From NCBI RefSeq assembly GCF_030684315.1, contig NC_081376.1, forward strand, positions 41,162,182-41,226,181: a stretch of 64,000 nucleotides of DNA. The letters run 5' to 3'. This document shows positions 12,801 to 26,400 of this stretch, one piece after another. Position 1 is the first letter of the stretch; every line of letters starts with the position of its first letter. This DNA is from Stegostoma tigrinum (taxonomy: Eukaryota). Position numbers and translations under genes: made by a program. Under the pieces are notes generated by a model that saw only the letters and a program-made list of their open reading frames with translations, did no database searches and was not told where the DNA came from.

Positions 12801-13250
12801 ACCCACCCAAATAGCCTTAGCAAATTTCCCCCCGAGGATATCGGTACCCCTCTGGTTCCGGTGAAGACCATCTTGCTTGTAGAGGTCCCACCTACCCCAG
12901 AAAGAGCCCCAATTATCCAAGAATCCAAAACCCTCCCTCCTGCACCATCCCTGTAGCCAAGTGTTCAACTCCTCTCTCTCCCTATTCCTCACCTCACTAG
13001 CACGTGGCATGGGCAACAAACCAGAGACAACAACTCTGTTCGTCCTAGCTCTCAGCTTCCACCCTAGCTCCCTGAATTTCTGCCTTAAATCCCGCTCTCT
13101 CTTCCTACCTATGTCGCTGGTGCCAATGTGGACCACGACTTGGGGCTGCTCTCCCTCCCCCTTAAGAATCCCAAAAACACGATCAGAGACATCACGCACC
13201 CTGGCACCTGAGAGGCAACACACCAACCGCGAGTCCCTCTCGTCCCCACG
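9826..13250 (-). mobile_element. Near full-length, relatively young CR1 LINE (partial ORF1 esterase; ORF2 APE endonuclease + RT) with a few frameshifts and stops
   Basis: SGNH-type ORF1 (12792-13226), APE motifs YFNARS/ISETW/MGDFN/SDHN, RT motifs KSPGPDGI and KFADDTK; (atgttct)n 3' tail at 9826-9847. Confidence 0.95.
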
Positions 13251-13339
13251 AGAGAGATATCAAAGATCAAAAAACGCAAATTTCTGTCTCTTGTACCAAC
13301 TCCTCAGACACGCATTCATCTGCTTTATCCTGCTATTCC

Positions 13340-14000
13340 TTCTATCACTAGCAAGTGGCAACAGGAGTAATCCAGGTATTATTACCCTTGAAGGCCTACT
13401 TCTTAACCTCCTGCCTAGCTTTTCATATTCTCCCCTCAGAATTTAGTCCTTTTCTCATCCTATGCCAAGTTGTACAAAGACCTCTTGTGGGTCACTCTCC
13501 CCTGTGAGAATATTCTTCACCCTCACCAAGACAATCTTGATCCTGGCATCAGGGAGGTTACAAACCATTTTGGTGTCTTGGTGTCATCAGTAGAAACGTC
13601 TATCTGACTGGGCAGTCCCCTATCAGAATCAATCACTTGCAACCTGACGTACCCTTCATTATATCAGAGTCAGTCTCAGTACCAGAAACTTGGCTGTCAG
13701 TACAACAATCCCCTGAGAGTTCATTATACCCTACATTTTCATTACAGCATACTTATTTGAGGAATGATAGTCACAGGAGATTTTTGCTATTCCTGCCTAC
13801 TACTCATTTCATTCTTAGAGGTAACCCATCTACCCAACTGGATCTGCTGTTTTTCTACCTTCTGGAAACTGCCATCCATCACACACCCTGGTTTCTGTAA
13901 ATTTCTCATGCCTCTAACTGCCATTCCAACTGATCAATGCAATCTGATAAGATTCACAACCAAAAATACATCAGGAGCATTGAATTTTTGTTTAATCTCC
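13340..14000 (-). mobile_element. Older CR1 ORF1 fragment
   Basis: Degenerate similarity to the ORF1 region of the adjacent CR1 (cctggcatcagggagg..caaacca). Confidence 0.5.
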
Positions 14001-15559
14001 CACATTCAACAGGTAATACACATCACTCTACTCAGGCCATCTTTGCACATTAATTTACATAACCAGAAAACAGCAGTTTTACTGCTCTAAAAACACCATT
14101 CTAGGATAATTTAACAACAACGCTCTGGATTTTTAAAAAATTAAGCAAGAGACAAATATCTCAATAAAACAAAATACAAATACAAATTTATAAGAAAAAC
14201 ACATCAAGGCTAATAAGGCTTACAAATGTAAAAGACAAACACTTAGCTGATCCTTAGAAATCCTGACAATCTCAGCTGTTAGTAATTCTGACAATGAAGT
14301 CTCACCAAGGTTATCTGTGAATTGTGCGGCTGGAGTACAATTTTGAATCACTAGTGTCTATTTTGTATAGGTGGACTTACAGTGCTGTTCCAGGAGGTTC
14401 CAGGATTTTGATCCAGTGATAACAAAGGAGATAGCTCCAAGTGAGGGTGTTGTGTGTGGCTGAGACCGGAACATACAAGTGATATTCTCTTGGGTCAGCA
14501 ACCTTTGTCAGTCTGGTTGGTAGGGATCAGGGTTTGGCAGGTGCTATTGAAGGACGACCCCAAGGTGTTGATGTAGTGGATCCAGTGATGGTAATATGAT
14601 GTGATGTCAAAGCAAACTTGTCACATTGTCACATGTTGGAGACTGGCATTGCCTGGCCGTTGTGTGCCACAAACAGTATTTATGTAACATTACCAAGCTT
14701 GAAAATTGTTCTGCTCTTGCTGGAGACAAACAAAAACTCTTTTTGTATTTGAGGGGTCACAAATGATGTTAAACAATCATAGAAGACTTACAGTGCAGAA
14801 TCAGGCCATTTGGCGAGTCTGCACCTACCCTCTGAAGAGCATCCCACCCAGACCCATTCTCCCCAATTTGCATTTTCCATGACTAATCAACCTAGCCTGC
14901 ACATCCCTGGACACTGCAGGGCAATTTAGCATGGCCAAACCATGGAGGAACGGTCATTAATGAAACAACTGAACATCGGTGGTGCTTGAATGCCCTCCTA
15001 AGAAACGCCTGCAAAGATGATCTGGAGCTGAGATGATTGACTTCCTATTAAAATCTGCCAGAACACACAAGTACCAACAACGGTGACCATCCAAATACCA
15101 GGTTGTAGTGAAATCCCCATCTGGTTTACTAACGTCCTCAAGGAAAGGAAATTTCTCGTCCTCAGCTCCGACCCCGATGTAACTGCCGAATGCAGCTATG
15201 CAGTTGACTCTTAAGGGTCACTGAAATGTCCTGACAACCCACTCAGTTTAAGTGGCTCGCCAACACTATAAGGGAAATTTGAGCTGGGCAGTAAACGGTG
15301 CCCTTATCAGCAACATCTGCGTCTGTGATTTGTTTTTGAAAGAATGTCATAAATTTAGAGTATTTTGAAAAGTGACCTTTATTCACGTTTACGAGTTGTC
15401 GCTTTGTGGTTTGGCAGTCCATTTACTGCAAGTTTTTTTTTAATTTGAAGTGTGAATATTTTTCCTACAATACTTCGGTGAAAAGGCAGGTTGTAAATCG
15501 CTGCCTTGTCTTGATTTTGTTTGTGACATCCGCTCAAATTTCCTTGGGGAAAATTATTA

Positions 15560-15800
15560 ACATGATCCCTCCCGAGGATTTGCAGACATTGCCTCGATTG
15601 GACGAGAACGCTGCAAAACCCCGGGTGCCTTTATAGCTTTAAGAGGAGGGGGCGTAATTTCCGGAGATTAAATGAGCGGTCACTTACAGTTGTTGCATTT
15701 GGAAAGAAGCTTGTCCGTTTTGGAGGCGCCGGAAGGTGTGACTTTAATCATTGCAGAATACTGAAGTATTTTGATCTCTCGCTTAAATGCAAATCCATTT
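15560..15800 (+). promoter_or_regulatory. Probable NT5M promoter
   Basis: CpG-enriched; GC box ggggcg at ~15650 and ETS-like ccggaag at ~15729, just upstream of exon 1. Confidence 0.5.
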
Positions 15801-16011
15801 TATTTGGTCACTGTACAAGTAAACAGTACAGAATTACCACTCCGATGTAAACTACCCGCAAACCAAGGGAATGCAGGAATATACCGACGGCTACCTCCAT
15901 TGAATGCATATGACTATATGACACTGTGCTTCCTCTTTCCTATGAATGCAAAAACAAAAACGAATTCGGCTGTCGGAGGATTGCTTTGCATTTTGCCCTC
16001 TGTACCCGAGC

Positions 16012-16278
16012 ATGATCTTCCTAGCTCGACTGGCAAATCTCCGGAGATCCGGGTACAAAGTGCTCGGCGCAATGACCAAGTGTGTTTGTGCAGGGCATCA
16101 CACCGCTGGAACTAGGCTGCGGGTGCTGGTCGACATGGACGGGGTGTTGGCTGATTTCGAAGGCGGATTCTTGAAAAAGTTCAGGGACACGTATCCCAAA
16201 GATCCCTATATCGAGCTGCAAGATCGCAGAGGTTTCTGGGTTTCAACACAGTATGGAGAATTGCATCCTGATCTCTGT
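16012..16278 (+). CDS. NT5M: Mitochondrial 5'(3')-deoxyribonucleotidase, exon 1
   Basis: Arg-rich presequence followed by RVLVDMDGVLADFEGGFL (HAD DxDxV motif); 267 nt; GTAAGT donor. Confidence 0.95.
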
Positions 16279-19200
16279 GTAAGTGAAAGGCGACTGCTGC
16301 AGGAATTTGATCTTATCTTTGCACATGCAATATCACAGCAAGAGTGTCACTCCCACACTACTGGTGCTCCCCACTCCCACGCTTTACACCTGCAATAAAA
16401 TAACTGTTTCTTGTAAGAAAGTGCATGCCAGTCATTAGCAATTGACAGTGTTAATTAGCAGATTAAAATAAAAACAATGAATGCCTGAAATGTGATATAT
16501 ATAAAGCTCCTGACGCACACAGCTGGTCGTCCATCAATGGAATGAGAAATACACAAGCTTCAGTTGTATTACTTTTCACTAATCATGACCAAGGCCAGCA
16601 AGTATTGAGAGGCCCTAAGCTGTGTCAAGCTTAAGAGGGTCCTTTGCATTTCCAAAAATAGCATTAATTAAAAAGGACAATGAAGATAGAATGTTAAACC
16701 TTTGAATATGCTGAGGTTAAGGTGCATCAAAAAAACTAATTAGAACATATCTTGTTAGATTACTACCTGCATTATGAAATACTTTTGAGTAAAAATACTT
16801 TAGGATTTCTTAGCCTGGAGTGATTATCTACTGTGCCAAAATGGGCCGCATGCATGTAAGGCCTAAGACATCATCTGGCTGCAAAAAGCAACACAAATCA
16901 CATGAGCCACTGACACCGCCATATTTAATATGCAGTGATATCAGCATCATGAATTAAAAATCACTATTGGAGAGAGAGGTGGTTGTGAGTTTAAACTGAG
17001 AGTCACCATGCCCCAAGTAAGCAGCCAAGTTGCAAAAGTGAGACCTTCATGAAGACCTCATCTGGTACTGGAATCGACATTGTGCAACTGGCATTACTCT
17101 GCATTGCAAACCAGTCATTCTGCCAACAGAACTGCCAACCCCCACATCATCAGTACGTGCGCTGCTGAGGGTCTGGAGAGGGTGAGGGTAAAAGGGAAAT
17201 GGAGGCTGGGTGTGACAATGTGGAGCTTCCCCTTCCCCAGCAGGATCAGGGACAAAGGCCAACACCAGGATTGAAACAGGGAGAGGCCTTCACTAGGAGC
17301 AGGATGGGAGGCCTGCACTGGGAGAGGGAGGGGGAAAAGGCTGGCCTCGAGAGGCAGTTTCCATTACCAGCATGGGTGGTGAATGCAGTTTTTTGGTTAA
17401 TGAGCAGGATGACCTGGAGTGAAATTAAGCTGTTTTTTATTTAATAATCTGAAGAACATTTCTAAATGCACAGTTCGGGCTGCACTATCTCTGAGACAGG
17501 CTACTGCTCTCCATCACTAACCACTCTCATCGGCTTTCCCTTGGCACATATTATCTGCAGGTGGCATTCTGCAAGTCATGTCCTTCTGAATTTATGATGT
17601 TGAAAACTCTCATGTCTGGAGAGATGAGCAATTACTCAGATCAACACCAATGAAATGGGAACAGCACGACAACCAGCAACAAATTTAAAACATTTTCTTA
17701 TTAATTTTTAAACAGCAGTGACACTGATGCTACCCACACATGTATGAAGCTTATCATTTTCGATGCTTGGAAGTGCTTTATTTCTTTAACAAGGTTAATG
17801 TCACCATCTTCAGGATAGTCTTTTCTTAAAAGCTTCATACGTCTCCTTTTTGAAGCCATCAAAATCAATTAAAAACACAAAATTGCTTGTAACATTCTCA
17901 TATATGATTACCCTTTCCTTCATGTCAATTTTAAGTACACCCAATCTAGAAATCAATGATTTCTCTTGAAATCTGTCTCTTGAAGAAAGCACATTGCCAT
18001 CATTGACTTCTATTTCTTTTTTCTTTATTCACTCGCTTACAATTTGCATCAAGCAGTTTTTCTTTTGTTTTGAATTCAATGCCATCGAAACCTTTCAGGT
18101 TTCTTCTGGAAGTGAGTGAGTGACGTGCAAAGTGCAGCGTATGTACTGAAGGCTAACTGTGCATTCTGTAGCAGCATGGTGGGTTTATGAAGGTGATCTG
18201 ACAACCAGTTCCAAAGTTTCTCCTGTAGAATGCCACCTTCTCTCCTTGTTCTTTTTCAATGCTATCAGTATGGAGATGAGTAACAGCATCAAAGAATTGA
18301 GCCATGACTCTCAGCTAGGGTTATGATAGCCTTTGCATGTCTTTCTCACCTAGCTTCAGAGAAATGGTTTGGGTCAAAGGAATCAGCACACCGAAGTGTA
18401 CAATCCAGTGTTTTGCAGAGACAAAGAATAATGTGTAAATTGTTGTGCAACTGCAGAAAAAATACAGCAACTAGATAGCAATCAACTGTAGACAACAAAG
18501 TTCAGGAATGTCCAGCAAAGGAGATACATAACGTGCTTATTTTCCCTAGAACGTTTTGCTGTATTATCATATGATTGCCCTCAGTACTTAGTGAAATAAG
18601 TGTGACAGTAGATTATCCTGCCGAGATAATTCTGCACCTTGCTGGCCATATTCCCTCCACTATGCTCTGCTAATTCAAGGAAAGTTCAGAGAGTGTTCGA
18701 TGGGAAACCATCATCAAGTGCCACACATCTTATAGTAACAGTTAATCCACATGTGAAAGATCTGGTGTCGAGTCAACAAACAAACTTAAGAAACCTGCTT
18801 CTTCAAGTCATCCAAAATAAATCTTCTTACATTTTGAGACATTGGCTGAGTGATTTCCTCACATTTTGTTTTAGATGATTATGAAAGCTTCCCAGATCCA
18901 TAGTTTCTATAACTTTTTATGTTGTTGGCAAGAAATGGATAAGACTGAGCAATGAGTTCTATCAAGCCAAGAAAGTTCCCATTATGTGCCAAGCCAAGCC
19001 TTTAATTGCCTCCCCTAAAGTCTAGTTCATATCCAGTTATTGTGCCCACAATTGCAATAACACTTTCGAGTTTGTCTGATGAATATTAAGCACAGCCTTC
19101 ATTCAGTTCGAGAGCTGTCTCTGTGTCGAAAGTTTGGGTGTCTAAGCCCTGCCTCAGAGACTTTGACAAAGAACTTAACTGGCAGTAGTCAGAGAGTATA

Positions 19201-20127
19201 CTGCACTAAGAGAGATTTAGGTTTTGTTTACCCTGTGTTTTTGTGAGAATTCAGCAGCCATGGTTGTAAGAAAACTTAACACAACCTCTCCAATCTTATG
19301 AAGGTACTCATTGGACTGAAGAAAAAAGGGCTTGCAGGAATCATGTTTCTCATAATCTTCTCAAAGCAATTGAAATAGTACATTGATTATAATTATGTAG
19401 AGAGTTACAGCAGCTCTCTTGCATACAGGAAGATCCCATACACAGGGAGGTGATTGTCAGTTTTTGGTGATGATGTTGAGAGAGGAATGTTAGCCAAGAC
19501 ACCAGGAAAATGGTGTGTCCCCTGATAGTTTCTTAGAACGCTCAACATTCATTTGAACACATAATTAGAAGCTAAGTTTCATAATTCACACAGCTCCAAT
19601 GAATACAACACCCTCCCTAGGCTGATGTTCAAACGCAGATTACATGCTCGTCTTTTGGAATGAGCTTTGAACCAACAACCTTCTGCTTCAACACCACAAT
19701 GGCGACACACTGAGTCAGGCAGGTATTAGGCACTTCACATACTTATAATATTTTGTCATGCAAACTTTTTCTTTCATCTTTGAAAATTTATTTGCATAAT
19801 TTACCCTTCACATAAATGGACATCACCTTTGACACACAGGATCTGCAGGATTCAAGTATTTAGTTTATAACACATACTTTAAATGAGGAGCAGGAATCAT
19901 ATCAACACTGGACAGAAAATGGTCCAATTTTGCTTTAACCATGGATCACTTCCAGTGCCCCCTGATATTTTTGCCTTGCATCTGACTGTACTTTAAAATC
20001 AATTGAGTCATTCAACTGTTAACATAAGGAAGCAAATCATTTGAGAAAAACTTTGTGTAAGTGAAAACTATTTAAATATACTTTCTTTTGAACATAACAT
20101 TCATGCATTTCTTCAAAACAAATATAG

Positions 20128-20228
20128 GAGAAAGCAATAAGTATATGGGAGTCAAAGAACTTTTTCATTGAACTTGAACCTATTCCTGGTGCGGTGGAGG
20201 CTGTGAAAGAGATGGCCAACGTGAAAGA
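20128..20228 (+). CDS. NT5M: NT5M exon 2
   Basis: EKAISIWESKNFFIELEPIPGAVEAVKEMA; AG/GT boundaries; 101 nt. Confidence 0.95.
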
Positions 20229-20314
20229 GTGAGTCCGAATTGCAAAAATATTCAAACTCTTGCTTAACCTAACAAAATTTCTGTACTGATGTTATTCCTG
20301 CATCTTTTCCATAG

Positions 20315-20375
20315 CACTGATGTGTTCATTTGCACCAGTCCAATTAAGAAGTATAAATACTGCCCTTACGAAAAA
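20315..20375 (+). CDS. NT5M: NT5M exon 3
   Basis: TDVFICTSPIKKYKYCPYEK; AG/GTAAGT boundaries; 61 nt; phase-consistent. Confidence 0.95.
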
Positions 20376-20759
20376 GTAAGTTATTTTACAATATTGACCA
20401 AAAAAGTCGCTGATGCATATTAAGGTTTATAATGTTTATTTGAAAATTTGAACTTTTATCTCGCATGAGTAACCAACTGCTGTAATGATCTCTAAAATGG
20501 AAAGTCATTATGTGATACCCCAAGGACACTGGATAAAACCATCTCACCAACTATCTTCAATGACAACCCAAACTGTAACTAAAATACATTAAATAATAAC
20601 TAAGAACATTTATGAACATTGGATTCGCAATTTTTCTACACTGGATGTGAATAAAATGTTTGCCATTGATAGCCACCTGGAATTGGGAAAGAAAATTAAC
20701 ATTACATTACATTTGGTCAGAAGGAATTGAACAAAGGACTATGCACTAAGAAAAAAGTA

Positions 20760-21540
20760 ATCCGCAAAAAGTAACATTCCAATGCTCTTTTACTATATTT
20801 TCTGTAATTTAAAGCAGATAAATCTAATGTACATTTTAGTAGGAAGAAAAAGATGGCCTCATATTAATTGGAAAACAATCTAAATGGCATAGAGGAGTAA
20901 AGACTCTTGGGAAGTATAGATATTACAAAGTATTAAAAATAGGAATGTTAGTTAAGGCCACAAGGAAGCAAAGCGCTAGGGTTTGTATTCAAATGGATAT
21001 AACTGGAAAAAGAGAAATCGTCTTGAAGTTATATCATTCTTGGACTGCTGTGAACAGTTTTCTTCTCTAATGTAAAAAGAACATAGAGGCAGAAGAAGAG
21101 GTTCAAAATATATTTGAATAGTATTAAAACAGCAATTGTACAAAATGGGAACAATTGAACAAATTGGGACTCTTCTGAGTAACATTGAAGACTAAGGGAT
21201 GACCTGATTGAAATGTTTAAGATTATGGAAGAGTCTGTTAGAGTAGATATAAAAGAAGACACAGGACCCAAGAGCCATCCATGTTAAGATAGTGACTAAT
21301 AAATCCATTAGGGAATTTAAATAGAGTTACTTTGTCCAGACAGTGGTTAGACTGTGCAACTCTACCCACAGAGTTTTTGAGGTGAATTCCATAGATGTAT
21401 TTAGGGAGCAGCTAGCCAAATACATAAAGAGGAAGGAATAGAAGAATGCCTTCTAGGGTTTGATGAAGAAAGAGGGGAAGAGGTTCATGTGAACACAAAC
21501 ACCTTTTATGGGCTAAATGGTCTATTTCTGTGATGTACAC
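20760..21540 (+). mobile_element. Old CR1 3' fragment in NT5M intron 3
   Basis: Degenerate CR1 RT tail (agactaaggga-tgacctgattgaaatgtttaagattatg; tgggctaaatggtctatttctgtg). Confidence 0.6.
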
Positions 21541-21660
21541 ACTGACAACTGCAAATAATTAAGAAGATAATACTACAATAAAAAGGGAAATTTGCAATTC
21601 TTTTCATCTTTCTAATATTACTGTAACAGTATTTGGACTTCATTTTCACTCTGTTCACAG

Positions 21661-21775
21661 TATGCCTGGGTAGAGAAACATTTTGGTAAAGAGTTTCTGG
21701 AGCTAATGGTACTAACTCAGGACAAAACACTGGTATCAGGCAATTTGCTGATAGACGACAAACCAGATATATCAG
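21661..21775 (+). CDS. NT5M: NT5M exon 4
   Basis: YAWVEKHFGKEFLELMVLTQDKTLVSGNLLIDDKPDIS; 115 nt; AG/GT boundaries. Confidence 0.95.
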
Positions 21776-23328
21776 GTAAAATAAGTGATCAAAGTGTTTT
21801 CAATTTAAGTGTTTGCATCGATAAAAATGCCATTGGATGTTAACCAATTTATACAAAAATGTCTGTATATTTTGAAATGGAAACCTTGAAGCAATTCCAA
21901 CCAATCCTATGATTTAACAAATAAGATTGCAATTTAGTGTAGTATCAATATTTGTTCCTGGTTCACTAAGTAAAAACCAACATTAGAAGGGAATACTGTA
22001 TTTGTTACAATCAAAACTATATCCATAAACATTTAATGTATGGATATAGCCATGGGGCACTTATGGTGTAGTGGTAGTGTCCCTACCTCTGAGGCCTGGG
22101 TTCAAGTCGCACCAACACCAGATGTGTGTAATAACATTTCAAAACAGGTTGATTAGGAAAATATAGCATGCTGAAAAATGTAGCTTGTTGATCCCATTCC
22201 ACTATTCATAAGATCATAGCTGAACTGATTTGTGGCCTTAACTCCAGTTTTCTCCTTGTCCTTGGCAACTTCGCTGACTAGGAGATCTTTTACTGCCCAT
22301 TCTTAATAATCCAGATAGACAGTTAGGAGTCAACTTGGGTCTGGAGTTTTATTAGGTCATATGGTTTTTAAGTTACTGTTTTATTCCAGATTTATATTGA
22401 ATTCAAATTTCATTATTTGCAGTTGTGGAATTTAAACCCACATCCTCAAAACATTAACCTGGGGTTGTATGTTGCTAGTCCTGTGACATTACCACTATGA
22501 GTGCAGCTCCCCCAATGACCCAGTATCCAGTGCTCACTGGGTAGAGAATTGCAAAGGTTATCAACTTTAAAACAAAAGAAATTCATCATAATTTTTGCTT
22601 GTGACCTATCATACCATTTATTACAAAATTAATGCAGAAAGCGCATGGGATTCTTTGGAATGATAGGAATATGTCTCATTATCACATCAGAGGGAACATA
22701 ATATCGAACATAACATACTTTTTGCACAGGCTAAACAAGTTTGTTCACAAATTACTTCCAAATAAAAGAGGAATAGGTGTGATATTGAATTATTCAAAAC
22801 AGAAACAGTGCAGAAAGGTGTAAATGAATGGGCCAGAGGACTTACATTTCTTAAGCGAATTGTATCATGAAGGTTACTTGTGAGAAGAACCTCTACCAGC
22901 TGTACACATAAGAAGCCTCAAGCCTACGATCATTGATTGCCTGACAGTAATCCTGCTAGTCGGGGTGTTTTGGTTTGGAGCAGGATACGCAATGTGCAGT
23001 CAGGGAAAATAAAAGGGATTTTCACTAAAAATCAATGATCATTGATGCAGCCAATTCAGTTTTAGAATGGATCTCTAGTGCACTGCTCCAGTTGTAGAAC
23101 TCCACACTTTTCATTTATTAATGGGCCAGGTTCTTTAATGCAGTTTGGAGGTTCAAGCTTATCTACACCAGTGCCCCACTCCACTAGCCAATAAATTCTG
23201 ACTCTAGTTCTCAGAGGAGTTTAGTATTTCACAGTGCAGTTTTTTTTGTACCATCTGATCTGTGTTCAAAATGATTTTGAAAACAATGCCTCTCATTTAC
23301 AGCGCCAATTGCCAATTGTATTTTGTAG

Positions 23329-23465
23329 GTGTGGAACCTTGTCCTAAATGGGAGCATGTACTTTTCTCAGCCTGTCACAATATGCATATACAATTGCGAC
23401 CCCCAAAAAGGCGGCTGCATTCTTGGGATGATTGGAAACCACTACTTCACAGCAGACGACAATGA
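23329..23465 (+). CDS. NT5M: NT5M exon 5 (to stop codon)
   Basis: VEPCPKWEHVLFSACHNMHIQLRPPKRRLHSWDDWK..TGA; total CDS 681 nt = 226 aa. Confidence 0.95.
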
Positions 23466-26400
23466 TGACCTGAATGGAGCCTGAAATGTCTCAACGACAT
23501 GGAACAGTGAAAAGTAATTGTCTGATGCAGAACTCAAGGAATGGCATGTGATGTTAGTTGATAACTGCTGGTTATTTTGCATGCAAACAATTTATCGCCT
23601 TGTGTGAGGGATTCTGGTTTTTTTTGTGTTTTCATTGGTTTGGTACTTTTCAATCAAAGTACATTATTTAGGAGATGATACAGGTTTGGTTAGAATTCAA
23701 TAACATGCTAGTAATTGCACCAATTTTCTATCCCTTGCAAACATTGTGTAGCATGGTGTAGTTGTCAAAGCTGCCAAAATAAAGAATCAAACATAATCCC
23801 ATTCTGAAGAAGGGTCACATGACCTAAACTGTTGGCTCTGCATTCTCTCTACAGATGCTGCCAGACCTGCTAAGTTTCTCCAGCAATTTCTGTTTTTGTT
23901 TCATAACATTCAGCTGTTCTGTGGTATTTAATATTTTGTAAGTTAGAGCTTCAACCATGTCCAGAAATACTTGACAAAAGGTTCATCGTCAAATAACAAA
24001 CCCACCCAATTTACTTATTCACCAATGTGTTGATTTTATTTTTTTGTACCTGTTGCTTTTCAATTTTATATAAAATTTGTTGCAGCGATTATCAGCTGTA
24101 TTACTGTGATATACAGTGAGTACTGCCACTGTTGCTCATCAGAAAATACTGTACAGTAATCTGTCGCTGTTGTAAACTTGACATCCCTGGTAGTGCAGTG
24201 GCATCGTTACTGTCAATTACATTTAGTTCATTTGATGATGACGCACACCAAATAACGATCCCCTACTCTCCCTACTACCAAATAGACATAATAACTGGGA
24301 TATCTGAATCCAACTCAACCTTTGGATGTTCTGTAAGGTAGGGTTGTGGTTACATGCACAAAGATTATGCAAAATTATTTTCAAGGACTTTGTGCAGCAT
24401 TACATTGGAAATCCAACCAATCCAATAATTTGAACACAATCTGGTATTAACTTCTTAACTGGCTCATCCAATTAATTAGTAGTTAAACTGCCTTTTTGAT
24501 TACTCTGTGGCTGACAGTTGAAAGGATAGAAATGCACTGCATATTCAGATAAATTCAAACCAAGGATTATCATTTACTTTTAAAACTAGCACAGTACAAA
24601 ATGTAATTTTCTTAGCTCATACTTCGCTTGTAAGTAACCAGTAATGCCAGTGCGTGTGCACAACAAAAAGAAACTACTTTTCACCCAAAATGATTGGCAA
24701 AGATGGCAGCTAAAAAAAAGCCTATATATATATGTAAAACCTCTATAAAGTCAGTTAAAAATTATAGAGTTGAAATATATTTTAATTTTGTATGGTATTT
24801 AAATTTATATGGCACTGTAACTCATTGCATATATTGTAAATAGAGGAATGGTTAGCTCAGTGGTTGGATGGCTGGTTTACAATACAAAGTGACGCAAATA
24901 GTATGAACTCAGTTCCCGTACCACCTGAGGTCACCACGAAGATCCTGCCTTCTCAGCCTTCTCAATCTTCTCACACTCACCACCAGTTATCTCTTCCTAA
25001 TAAGACAGCAGCCCTCTAGGACTATGGCAACTTCACTTTTGTTGTCAATCAGGTTACCATTAACCCCCATGGACTTCTAGGATAGATGAGGATCCTGCTT
25101 GGTGTATTATCAATGGTAGTAAAGCCAACAAAAACTTACTGATTCTGGTGCTTTCTAGAAAACGGTTGATGCTAGTGCCTTATTTTCAAATGTATATAAA
25201 ATGCTTGTAAAGATATAAACGTTTGAGCCACTAAAGGTTTAAAACAGTGCATTGAAAGAACGTGTGGAAATATACTTAATAATATGTCTAAGTTTAAAAT
25301 TGATTCCAACTTTTTGCATCAAATGGGATCAGCAAGCTCAAACGTTCGCAATTGCCTTGAAAGTTTTAGAAAGAGCCTTTGGAATGAATTTTCTTGTGTC
25401 CTGTTCTCCAGAGTTCAAAGAGATGTGCCAGTTTTTATGTGTCAAGCGGGAAATGATAGAAATAACACTACAGAACAAGCTGTTCACTTGACCACATTAA
25501 GAGTGCAACCTGGTGACCTACCCATCTCCATTAGCATTCTAATGGTATTTTATATATACATAAAATTTGCACCATAGAAATGGGGCCACTCAGGCAGTGG
25601 GTCCAAGTTGGTATTTATGCTGCGCAAGCCTTTCCCCCACTTTATTTCATCTCAACATATCTCTCTTGCTTTTTTCCTCATATTTATCAAGCTTTCCTTC
25701 AAATACGTCTGTTATCAATCTCTGTCACCAAATTATCACCTGAATTCTATATTGGATTTATTTTTGAATATATTTATGGCTCACAATTTTGGACTCCCAT
25801 CACAAGTGGAAATATTTTCATGATGTCATCATGTAAGAACTGATCTTTCTTTAAATCAAACTAAAAATAGCATCAAAATTCAAGAAAACTTTATTGATTT
25901 ATGCGCATAGCACATTGTTAGCAACTAAGATTTCTCATTACATTTGAAGAAACTTTAAACAAATATCTATCTATTATTTGTACAATAGTCAAGAATTTAT
26001 TCATGTACAGATCAAAGCAAACAGATGCATTCTTACTGTGTAATCCATACAGAACAAATTCTATAATTAATACAATGATGGCATTGTCAAAACTCAAATA
26101 GTTTATACTCTTCCAGTTATTTACAAAGTTATTGAGGGGAATAATAGTAAAGCAAATACAAACTATTGAGGCCATTATGGAAAGCAGACAGAACATGCTT
26201 GAAACTTCTTGTTGTTATTAATACAGTATTAAAATTTTACACAAGTTTCCTGTCACTACTAAACACTGGGAGAACTATATTGCAGTGAAGCAGACCTGTA
26301 AGATTAGGTGGGAATGAACGGAAATGTAAAAGTTGGCATAGTGTACCTATTGACCTAGCATAGCTGAATAATATTTTGTCTCAAAAGCCTTTGTTGAGAA

